Position numbers and translations under genes: made by a program
Notes under the pieces: model-generated
Database searches by the model: none
Told to the model about the DNA's origin: nothing
The model's input: only the letters and a program-made list of their open reading frames with translations
Part shown: piece by piece, positions 1 to 8,279 of the stretch
Position numbering within the stretch: position 1 is the stretch's first letter
How the letters are laid out: each line of letters starts with the position of its first letter
DNA from: a virus
Strand: one strand, 5' to 3'
Length of the DNA stretch: 64,000 bases
IMG/VR virus record: IMGVR_UViG_3300020205_000565
Location: 1 to 64,000 of that record

Positions 1-93
1 GTCAATCTTATATACTCCTGTTTTCATTTGAGGTGTAGCAGTTTTAATCTTATCAAAAGCCGCTTTATCTCCACCATTCTGATACTTTTTCAT
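1..93 (-). CDS. Small protein with N-terminal KKYQNGG motif, truncated by the window edge
   Basis: Own translation: ATG at 93 overlaps the upstream stop (TAATG); reads MKKYQNGGDKAAFDKIKTATPQMKTGVYKID and stays open to position 1. Confidence 0.7.
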   Translation of the reverse strand, partial: MKKYQNGGDKAAFDKIKTATPQMKTGVYKID

Positions 94-677
94 TACTTTT
101 TATTTTTAGTTTTACCGAATTTTGCTTTTTCCATTCTATCTACTTGATCTAGTGCTGTAACAGGTCCACCTTTCTTTTTACTATTTCTAGCATCTTCTAT
201 TTTTTGTTGCTCTCGCATCTGTTCACTAAATTTCATGCTATTCAGAGTAGATTCATAGTTATTATATTTAGATCTTTCTCTATCTGCCTTACCAGAACTT
301 ACATCTCTTTCTTTAGTTTTTGTTCTAGTTTGCGGAGTACCTTGCTTTCCTTGTGCATCATACGGATTAACTGTTACACTTTTTGTCTTTATCAATTTAC
401 CTTCAGGTGTTATTTCTCTAGTTCTGGTAACAGATTTGTCAGCTATAGCATTACGCACACTTCCTGTCCTTTCTTTATTAACTGTAGTTTTGTAACCTCT
501 TCCTGTATTTACTGGATTTGGATCACCAGTAAAGGCGGGTTGCTCACCAGTAGCACTCTGAGTTTTAGTTTTACTAAAAGAGTAATTTGGTGTTTTAATA
601 GAAAACTTAGGTGTTGTTATTGACGTACCAACTGATTCACCACCTCCTTGATACTTTTTTACTACTTTTTTTGCCAT
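93..677 (-). CDS. Basic Lys/Thr-rich protein, possible internal virion or DNA-binding protein
   Basis: ORF track 93..710; the more likely start is ATG at 677 (MAKKVVKKYQGGG) after an A-rich leader, which also avoids overlap with the 689..835 ORF; carries KKYQGGG and KKKGG motifs. Confidence 0.75.
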   Translation of the reverse strand: MAKKVVKKYQGGGESVGTSITTPKFSIKTPNYSFSKTKTQSATGEQPAFTGDPNPVNTGRGYKTTVNKERTGSVRNAIADKSVTRTREITPEGKLIKTKSVTVNPYDAQGKQGTPQTRTKTKERDVSSGKADRERSKYNNYESTLNSMKFSEQMREQQKIEDARNSKKKGGPVTALDQVDRMEKAKFGKTKNKK

Positions 678-688
678 TGTTTTATTTT

Positions 689-835
689 TTAAGATCCGCA
701 ATATAAACAACCGTCGTCTGCGTCCTCGCTATCGCCGGCTAATATTTTTTTACATTCAGTATCCACTTGCTCCTCGGACCATTGTGGATGAAATGCTTTT
801 ACCTGAGCTCTAAGAAATAGATAGTTATTATCCAT
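689..835 (-). CDS. 48-aa protein with acidic tail and C-terminal CxxC (DDGCLYCGS)
   Basis: Own translation MDNNYLFLRAQVKAFHPQWSEEQVDTECKKILAGDSEDADDGCLYCGS*; its ATG abuts the upstream TAA; below the ORF-track length cutoff. Confidence 0.7.
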   Translation of the reverse strand: MDNNYLFLRAQVKAFHPQWSEEQVDTECKKILAGDSEDADDGCLYCGS

Positions 836-976
836 TTACTTCTTGCCCATCTTCTTCATGAACATTTTAGGTTTAGCATTTGCTTTACCTACTGCTCCAC
901 CTTTTTTAAAGTTCTTACCGTTAACACGTGATAGAGCTGTCATAGGGGACGCGATTACTTTAGGTTTTTCAGCCAT
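836..976 (-). CDS. 46-aa basic protein with FKKGG motif
   Basis: Own translation MAEKPKVIASPMTALSRVNGKNFKKGGAVGKANAKPKMFMKKMGKK*; fills the gap between neighbouring genes. Confidence 0.7.
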   Translation of the reverse strand: MAEKPKVIASPMTALSRVNGKNFKKGGAVGKANAKPKMFMKKMGKK

Positions 977-987
977 TGTATTATATA

Positions 988-1452
988 TTAGTTAGTTACT
1001 ATAAGTAAAGTTAATAAAAAAACAGATACTCCTCCAAATATCCAGGTGTTTCTTTTTGCAATTCCTAGATTATTTTGTGAAATATGCAGGGAATCTCTGG
1101 TTTCTACTAGGTCTGATTGTAAAACAAAGTTTCTATCAAGGCATTCTGTTGTTCTCTGTGTTGCTGCATCCAGGTATCCGCCCATCTTTTTGATCTCAAA
1201 CTCCTTATCCGAAATGCGGAGTTCATAGGTCTTAATGATCTTGTCTTTACCTGCAATGCTTTTCTGCAAGTAGTCATAGTCCACAATAGATTTAAGCAAG
1301 AGCTCCTCTTGTTTATCTGTGAAGAAGATACCTTTGTTACCATTGTAGTTAATTCTTTGGGGAGTAAGCTGCCCATATACGGTCCCGCTGCTCATCATTT
1401 GCGTTAGGGATAATAGCAATAAGTATATCCCGATCACCTTTATCTTTGTCAT
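988..1452 (-). CDS. Putative spanin-like protein (signal peptide, coiled coil, C-terminal TM)
   Basis: N-terminal hydrophobic signal (VIGIYLLLLSLT), coiled-coil middle, C-terminal TM (WIFGGVSVFLLTLLIV); overlaps the upstream gene by 104 nt in an Rz/Rz1-like arrangement. Confidence 0.55.
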   Translation of the reverse strand: MTKIKVIGIYLLLLSLTQMMSSGTVYGQLTPQRINYNGNKGIFFTDKQEELLLKSIVDYDYLQKSIAGKDKIIKTYELRISDKEFEIKKMGGYLDAATQRTTECLDRNFVLQSDLVETRDSLHISQNNLGIAKRNTWIFGGVSVFLLTLLIVTN

Positions 1453-1720
1453 CTTTTTTGTTTATAGTGTTTATACTGTTAACTCTTTGAATATCAACTA
1501 TATGCAAACTATCTTGCAGTATCTTAAGCTTTAATGAATCTACTAAGATGCTATCCCTTACATCATCCGCATATGCTTGACGTTTAAGATCTTCTATGTT
1601 AAGATCCTTTACCTTATTCTTATATTGCAATATTGCGATAAAGGTTACAATAGATACAAGGGCTACTGCTACAGCTATATCACTGTACAGTTTCTTCAAC
1701 TGGCGGTTTGTCATTGGCAT
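1349..1720 (-). CDS. Putative inner-membrane spanin (Rz-like)
   Basis: ORF 1349..1765, probable start at 1720 or 1714; single N-terminal TM (IAVAVALVSIVTFIAIL) followed by a helical region; follows holin and endolysin. Confidence 0.6.
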   Translation of the reverse strand: MPMTNRQLKKLYSDIAVAVALVSIVTFIAILQYKNKVKDLNIEDLKRQAYADDVRDSILVDSLKLKILQDSLHIVDIQRVNSINTINKKDDKDKGDRDILIAIIPNANDEQRDRIWAAYSPKN

Positions 1721-1952
1721 CTTCCTTGGGTTTATTAAGTTTCTGTAAGAATACTGATTCAACAACTGTTCCTATAAATGCTCCGGCGCCAATGTACATT
1801 AAGGTATTATACATGTACTCAGGAGTCTTAAACTCTGTAAATGTACCAATCCATGCTAAAGCTGATCCTGTTATAACACAGTAGAGACCAATAAGTCTTT
1901 TAGAACTCTGGTCTCCCTCATGGCTTAGTATAGACATGATCCACTTCTTCAT
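1680..1952 (-). CDS. Putative holin
   Basis: 90 aa, two TM segments, SSKR motif before TM1, charged C-terminal tail; coupled to the endolysin by TAATG. Confidence 0.7.
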   Translation of the reverse strand: MKKWIMSILSHEGDQSSKRLIGLYCVITGSALAWIGTFTEFKTPEYMYNTLMYIGAGAFIGTVVESVFLQKLNKPKEDANDKPPVEETVQ

Positions 1953-2497
1953 TAGAATTCTCTTAACAAAGTGTAAGTAAATGCACTTTTACCTGACTTT
2001 TCACAAGCTGCTAATAAGCTAGCAAATTCTTTAGGGTCATTAAGTACTTGACATCCTGCTGACCATTTATCTACAATAGAACTTATAGCTGATGGATTGG
2101 CACGGTGAATGTTAATACCAAACATACCTGTATCTTCTTTACCATTTTCTTCAGAAAGATCATTCTTATTGTTATCACGGTATACAGTAATAGGCTTAGC
2201 TTGGGTTAAAGCTTTATACTTACCTTGGTGTAATCCTAACTTCCAACTGTCGACATATTGTCCTGGTTTCAATACTGCTGTACCTTTTGGGTTCATCAAG
2301 TTTTTTAACCAGTGGGTCCCCGGGTTAGTAGTACAAGTATAGCGGAACATAATAGGTCCGTTAACTAAGTAGATGTTATCATCAAACTTGTTCTTCTCAT
2401 TTGCTGCCGAACGCACTCCTACTAAATGGAAGTTTGGCCATTGATGTCCAAGTTCTTTAAACTTGTTTTCTAATTCTACGTACGAATATGTTTTCAT
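1952..2497 (-). CDS. Putative endolysin with L,D-transpeptidase (YkuD)-like His/Cys motif
   Basis: TTNPG, GQY, FGINIHRAN and WSAGCQV motifs (H...S-x-G-C); first gene of the lysis cassette. Confidence 0.7.
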   Translation of the reverse strand: MKTYSYVELENKFKELGHQWPNFHLVGVRSAANEKNKFDDNIYLVNGPIMFRYTCTTNPGTHWLKNLMNPKGTAVLKPGQYVDSWKLGLHQGKYKALTQAKPITVYRDNNKNDLSEENGKEDTGMFGINIHRANPSAISSIVDKWSAGCQVLNDPKEFASLLAACEKSGKSAFTYTLLREF

Positions 2498-2514
2498 ATA
2501 TATAATATAATAAA

Positions 2515-5500
2515 TTATCTCCAGTTTTGTCCCTTAACCCAGTTAGTAATTGCCATATCAGGTGATAAAGTTTTACCACTTAGACCTATAGACCTAAAGA
2601 AGTACGTTAGTACCTTAGATCCTGCATACCAGTTCTCGCCTTCTTTTTGCATCCAAGAGTATGGACCTTGACGCTGATCAAAGTATGCTTTAGAATCATC
2701 TGTTCCAAATAAGTTATGCCCGGCATGCTGAGTAAGGCCTACTATTATTTTTTTATAGTTGTCCCAAGTATTGTTCATTGATACAGACTCCATACTAAGC
2801 ATATCTATATAGTTATCTGCACCATATCCCGGTATAGGTAACCATTGCATAGACTCGTTCTTTAGTTGCATTGTCATATATAGAGCGTGGTTAGTAAGCC
2901 AGCCCGACATATTAAATGGATCTTCGTTATCACTAACTCCTAAGAATGGTAATGGGCCAGACCTCTCACGTAGTTTAGCAAACTTTCTAGGATCCTTATC
3001 ATCGAATCCAAATAACATAGAGATAGCCATGGTAAATGCTACAACGTATGCTACATCCATAATAGTTTTTAGCATAGCAGATTTCTCTGTATCAGATAAG
3101 AAGTTAGCATACTCTCCTCTAGTTTTTATTATTCTTCCAAAAGCTGATAATGCTTCTAGGTGAAATCCTAATGCTGTATCTCCTACGGCCGCATCATATC
3201 TAGCTCTTACTGTTCCTTTTCTTATTGAACCTCTATGTTGTAATCGGTTCATGAACATACGTAAGAACCAGCGCTTAAATGCAATAGCAAATCGGAAGGC
3301 CACATATCTATCTGCCTCTGCATAGTCAAACTTAGCAAAGGAACCTGCAAGATTATTTACTACTCCCTGAACTCTATTCTTAAACGCTTTAAATTTAGAA
3401 CCACCTATTCCCCATTCTGGATCGATACCTTCCTTTAATCTTATCTGACCGTCTACTGTTTCCCAGGCATCTATATAGGCTATCTTTTTTGTTACGCCGT
3501 TTATAGTTTGTGTAACAGATTTTTCATGGTGCATCATAGCTCCGAAGATGGAAAGAGTTGAATTTAATTCTGTCCACTTACGGAAACTTGTCATCCAAGA
3601 TAGTCCTCCTAATGCATCTTTAGTAACAGATCTTGATCCATGTTCTACAAACTTATCTTGGAATCTTCCCTGATAAGCATCGAAGATCTCAACTAACTGA
3701 GTATTATGGGACTTAGGTCCAAACTTATATATCTCTAGACTAATTTCCCAGCTTACCTTATTAGAGAAAGCTGTACCTTGGGCATAGCTAGCATGGTTAA
3801 AGTACTTTCCTCCGGCTGATTCAATAAGAGATTGTATGCGTAGACCAAAGGAGTTCTTTAAAGCTGATGGTATATCCATAGCAAAGTATCCAAAAGCGGA
3901 AGCTCCCATGATTTGATCAGCCATCTTATGTACCCACATGTTATCGCTGTCTTGTCCAATAACCCCTTTGTTTAATTTACCTTCAAATTCTCTTTCTACA
4001 AAGTTGTCAATAGCCTTTTGCCTTACGGACTTTTCTCCCTTACTTACTAGCTTGGTACCTTTCTCAAACATTCCGGTCAAGCTAAAGTTATCCAACATGT
4101 CTTTGCTGATACCCTTTACTTGTCTTACAACATTTGCCGGATCGGCAAGTACAGTTTGTAAAGCTCTAGCCATAGGATTCATTGCTATCAAAGCTCTTTG
4201 CTTTTCGGCAGAGATCATATATCTCATTATACCGTAAGTAAGATCTAATGAAACTTCGTTAGCCTGTATATCTGATAAACCGTTTATAGGTACACCTGCG
4301 AATTGATCATCGAACATATCGCCCTTGATCATATCTTGCTGAGTAGTAAAGTTATATCCTCTATCGTAGTCGTCTCCTTCTCCTCCACTCCAGAAAGCTT
4401 TTACTCTTTTCCACCATGAGCTTACAGGATTTTCTACCTTACCTTCTACAGTAAACATATTCATCTTAGACTCGTAGCCGCTTCGTAGGAAACGTGGTAC
4501 GTCTAGGTAAAGTTTAGATGGGTCAGGGTTTCCTTCTTGGAATTGCAGATGCCATTTAGATAAAGCTATTATTGCAGCATGCAAAGCCTTATCGTTTTTA
4601 GCTACGTCAAAGTATTGTTGATTAACATATCTATCGTCCGGCGCATCTAGTTTTGGTAACCAGTTACCTTTGTTATCTTTGTTAGCTAGAGTAGGATCTC
4701 CCATCTCTAATGCTTCTAACATAGTAACTTCTTTATTTACATATTGATCTTTTACTATTCTCTCATAGTAGGTCATGTTAGGTATAGAAGGAAGAACTTC
4801 TGGTTCCCCATCAGAGTTTTTAAACTCGTGTGTCTCTAAGTACTCTGCAGATTTAGGTCTAGTAACACTCCAAGATTTAACTCTTTGGATTTTCATATAC
4901 TCGTTACCTTCCTTATCTCTAGCCCTAGACATAATGTGGTTAGTTCTAAACCATTCTGCTACCTCTTCACTTTGCTCATCTAAGAAGTTTAAGAAATCTT
5001 CATTAAGAATTTGATGAGCATTGGTCTTATCAATATCTTTAAATTTAAATCTTTCCTGCATCTCTTCTAGATCTACATAACTCATTAAGTTATTTATAGT
5101 ATCTACATAGTAGTCAGTAGGGATAGACGTTTGAAGTTCTGCAAGGTCTTCCCATAATTCATACAGTCTTTTTTTATCTGCTGTATTTAGTTCGTTTTTG
5201 CTCTTCTTAATTAAAAGATCATTCGCATCCATTCTTTCGGCAGGAGTTACATCCTCGCCGTTTTTAAGTCTAGCAAAATAATTACTAAGGATCTCATGTT
5301 CATTTGCTGTAAGCCCTGACGCCTTTGCAATATTCTTTTTAGCTAGCTCCAATAGTTGTTCAGTCCTTTTGATCTCAGCTATATTTCTAATATCCATCGC
5401 AGTAGCTTCTGGTTGCATATCATCATCACGATATGGGCTCATAAGCTGACTAAGCTTTTCGTATAAGGTACTAATATCTGCTTCTACTGTTGAATCTTTA

Positions 5501-8268
5501 GGTAGTCGAGAAGTAATACTTTTTATCTCATCAAGAATTTCTTTTTGCTTTTCGTAAAAAGAATCTTTGATTTTGATTCTAGTATTCTGCATAATCCATT
5601 TCTCACGTAGACGATTGAATTGAGGGCTACCCTTTTCAAATTTTCTGTCAATAAGAAACTGCTCGTGGGCAGCTAAAGAATTAATAAACAAATCAGGTAA
5701 TAACTCCTCTTTATATAGCTCACGAGATACATTTCTAAATTCTCTTAAGCGTTCTGCTACTTCAAGATCAGCTACTCTTTTTAATTCACCACTAGGTAAG
5801 TAGTTAGAATGTAATTGACGATACTCTCTCCATAGCATATCTAATTCCTCAGTAGCATCCAATCTTTCCATAGTGGTTTGATTAGACATACCCGTTGTGA
5901 TATTCTGAATCTTTGCAAGTACTTCATTTCTTGCGGCTTCTGCTCTAGCTCCTACCTCATCATTCTCCCCTTTACGAAAAACTTCATGACGAGCATAGTA
6001 CTCTTTAGTAAACTCGGTGTGGAAGTATTCTCTTTCAAACTTTTGTTTTGCTAACTTAAGTTTTAATACTTCATCTGTGTTACCACTTGCTACAGCTTGT
6101 TCTTCGGCTAGGCGAATTTCATTTCGCATTCTATCTAAGTCCTCTCTGTATCCTTTAAAAGGATTAAGTAAGGTGTTAACATCTTTGCTTTCGTATATAC
6201 CAGTCTCTTTATTTTTACCACCTTTCTTATCTAAGAAGGTAGCTCTTCTACCGAATGCTGCGGGATTAGATTGGTTATAGCCGGCCGCTTCTAGTAAAGG
6301 CTTTACTTCAGTTAGGAATGCATTACCTTTCTGTTGAGCAGAAGTAAATACATCTGTCATCTTGTTTTTAACAAACGTTGCAAAACCAAATACTACAGGA
6401 TCCTGGTTATATATAAACCCTTCTAAGAAAGAGTTCAAAGCATGAGCATCTCCTAGACGACCCAGCATTAAGTATTCAATCTTTTCTGGAGTTAAGTAAG
6501 CTCCTTCTTTATAGCTTATAGTTTTAAGTCTTTCGTATACTTCTTTCTCGGAAGTAGAAAGAGCTTCTCCCTTATCTACTCTTTCTTTTAATCTTAGGAA
6601 ATTTCTTAGAGCATCTCCGCTAAGCCCCCAATAATCTTTTTGACGTAATTCAACTATAGTAGGAGATGCTCCTCTCTTTTTTAAATCGGTAATAAGATCA
6701 TTATATCTCTGGTCGATTCTTTCCTGCATTGGTGCTAACGTCTCTTTAATAAGAGAAGATGTTCCTGCAAAATATACCTTACTTGTAAGATTACGCGCAG
6801 TCTTAATCTCGCTATCAAGGGAGCCTAATAGTTCGTAGATAGGGTTACCGGTAGTGATTTCTCCAGCAACTTTGGCATCATCTAATTTCTGCTGGAAGTC
6901 ACCTAAGAAATTCTCCCAATAGTTTATAATGTTATTATAGTAGAATACTTTAGCTACGTTTCCTTGAGAGTCGGTATCTTTTACTAAACGAACAAGCTCC
7001 GTATTTAAACGGCGAATCATATACTTAGTACGCAGTAAGCTATTTATAAATGCTTCAGTATGCTTTCTTGCAAATTCAACATCTCTTTTTAGCTTACTCA
7101 TTTCGTTAGTAAGAGTAGCCGAGATGTCTTGGTAAGGTGCTAGGTTTTTGTAGATCTCATCTAAGTCAGACTTATCAAATGCATCTTTTAATAATTGCTT
7201 CATCCCCTCATAGTCCTTATTGTTCTCCAATAGATTAATTTGTTTCTTAATCATTGTAAAGAATAAGTTCGTACTTCTCTGAAGATCATTATCATTAAAT
7301 GCTTTTAATGCATTTACGTAATCCGTTACTTCGCTTGTATAAGCAGCCACATCTTCTTGGCTTACTCCTTCTAGGTTTATGTCAAACTGTTCCAGTACTA
7401 ACATGTTACCTAGATCGGCCAGTGTTGTATTCTGATCTAAGTTTTCTACTTTAACTTTTTCTACGGTCTCACCAAATACTTTTCTTAGTATCTGACGTAA
7501 TGCAAAAAGGAAGTTCTTAATAAACTTATTAAATGCTGAATCCTTATTAGCTACAGCCTGGTCTGTCAATGACATTACCAATGCTTCTTCCAATATAATA
7601 GGATCATTCTCAGTTAGTGTAGGGTACTGATCTTTAGCTAGTTGTAATAAAGTTTGTCCTGCCGCAGTACTTGTAAGTTCTGTAGCAAGTTTATTAAACA
7701 ATGTAGGATTGCTTATTCGTATAGCTCTTATAAGAGGGTGAGCAAATTCGTGAAGAACTGTTTTCTCTGTTACCAATTCAGGTATCATATAAACAGTTCC
7801 TCCTAGGAAGAATGCGGGTTGACCTTTCCACTGGTTAACATTCTTTGTTAGCTCGGCCGCTTCTTGCGGTGTAATAAACTGATAAGGTACATTAAGATTA
7901 GAGCTAAGGTTCATAGCTAAAACGCTTACTGTAGCTGCAGCTTTTAGATTAGACTGAGATTGTGTATCAAGTTGTATAGGATTCTTTAGGACCTGATACT
8001 CCGGGAATGCATTCATTACATCTCCGAAACCAGCATATAGATCTGGCATAATTGCTTGTCTTCCTTCAGTATTCCATACATCCATATTATCCATTAGAGT
8101 TTTAAACTCCTCATTAGTAGGTACAGCAGGTTCTGCTCCAATAGGAAGATTTTTATTCTTCTGCATGAAAGCCCGAAGAACTTCCGTAGAAGCTCTTGGA
8201 CCTAAGCCTATCTGCTTAGCGTATGCTGTTAGTTCGTCTAATGAATTCGGTAATGGACAAGCGCTCAT
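2515..8268 (-). CDS. Giant internal virion/ejection protein with N-terminal zincin (HEFAH); RNAP-cluster protein
   Basis: 1917 aa; HExxH at 7738-7752 with downstream EEA; mostly helical; hydrophobic segment near the C-terminus; directly downstream of the vRNAP as in crAss-like phages; only Cys is residue 4. Confidence 0.8.
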   Translation of the reverse strand: MSACPLPNSLDELTAYAKQIGLGPRASTEVLRAFMQKNKNLPIGAEPAVPTNEEFKTLMDNMDVWNTEGRQAIMPDLYAGFGDVMNAFPEYQVLKNPIQLDTQSQSNLKAAATVSVLAMNLSSNLNVPYQFITPQEAAELTKNVNQWKGQPAFFLGGTVYMIPELVTEKTVLHEFAHPLIRAIRISNPTLFNKLATELTSTAAGQTLLQLAKDQYPTLTENDPIILEEALVMSLTDQAVANKDSAFNKFIKNFLFALRQILRKVFGETVEKVKVENLDQNTTLADLGNMLVLEQFDINLEGVSQEDVAAYTSEVTDYVNALKAFNDNDLQRSTNLFFTMIKKQINLLENNKDYEGMKQLLKDAFDKSDLDEIYKNLAPYQDISATLTNEMSKLKRDVEFARKHTEAFINSLLRTKYMIRRLNTELVRLVKDTDSQGNVAKVFYYNNIINYWENFLGDFQQKLDDAKVAGEITTGNPIYELLGSLDSEIKTARNLTSKVYFAGTSSLIKETLAPMQERIDQRYNDLITDLKKRGASPTIVELRQKDYWGLSGDALRNFLRLKERVDKGEALSTSEKEVYERLKTISYKEGAYLTPEKIEYLMLGRLGDAHALNSFLEGFIYNQDPVVFGFATFVKNKMTDVFTSAQQKGNAFLTEVKPLLEAAGYNQSNPAAFGRRATFLDKKGGKNKETGIYESKDVNTLLNPFKGYREDLDRMRNEIRLAEEQAVASGNTDEVLKLKLAKQKFEREYFHTEFTKEYYARHEVFRKGENDEVGARAEAARNEVLAKIQNITTGMSNQTTMERLDATEELDMLWREYRQLHSNYLPSGELKRVADLEVAERLREFRNVSRELYKEELLPDLFINSLAAHEQFLIDRKFEKGSPQFNRLREKWIMQNTRIKIKDSFYEKQKEILDEIKSITSRLPKDSTVEADISTLYEKLSQLMSPYRDDDMQPEATAMDIRNIAEIKRTEQLLELAKKNIAKASGLTANEHEILSNYFARLKNGEDVTPAERMDANDLLIKKSKNELNTADKKRLYELWEDLAELQTSIPTDYYVDTINNLMSYVDLEEMQERFKFKDIDKTNAHQILNEDFLNFLDEQSEEVAEWFRTNHIMSRARDKEGNEYMKIQRVKSWSVTRPKSAEYLETHEFKNSDGEPEVLPSIPNMTYYERIVKDQYVNKEVTMLEALEMGDPTLANKDNKGNWLPKLDAPDDRYVNQQYFDVAKNDKALHAAIIALSKWHLQFQEGNPDPSKLYLDVPRFLRSGYESKMNMFTVEGKVENPVSSWWKRVKAFWSGGEGDDYDRGYNFTTQQDMIKGDMFDDQFAGVPINGLSDIQANEVSLDLTYGIMRYMISAEKQRALIAMNPMARALQTVLADPANVVRQVKGISKDMLDNFSLTGMFEKGTKLVSKGEKSVRQKAIDNFVEREFEGKLNKGVIGQDSDNMWVHKMADQIMGASAFGYFAMDIPSALKNSFGLRIQSLIESAGGKYFNHASYAQGTAFSNKVSWEISLEIYKFGPKSHNTQLVEIFDAYQGRFQDKFVEHGSRSVTKDALGGLSWMTSFRKWTELNSTLSIFGAMMHHEKSVTQTINGVTKKIAYIDAWETVDGQIRLKEGIDPEWGIGGSKFKAFKNRVQGVVNNLAGSFAKFDYAEADRYVAFRFAIAFKRWFLRMFMNRLQHRGSIRKGTVRARYDAAVGDTALGFHLEALSAFGRIIKTRGEYANFLSDTEKSAMLKTIMDVAYVVAFTMAISMLFGFDDKDPRKFAKLRERSGPLPFLGVSDNEDPFNMSGWLTNHALYMTMQLKNESMQWLPIPGYGADNYIDMLSMESVSMNNTWDNYKKIIVGLTQHAGHNLFGTDDSKAYFDQRQGPYSWMQKEGENWYAGSKVLTYFFRSIGLSGKTLSPDMAITNWVKGQNWR

Positions 8269-8279
8269 CTTTAATTATT

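Noticed and set aside
678-710. Upstream start of the 205-aa ORF
   Set aside because: Non-ATG start overlapping the 48-aa CxxC gene; ATG at 677 has the typical A-rich leader
1107-1376. 89-aa alternative-frame ORF as an embedded o-spanin
   Set aside because: No hydrophobic signal peptide or lipobox before its Cys residues
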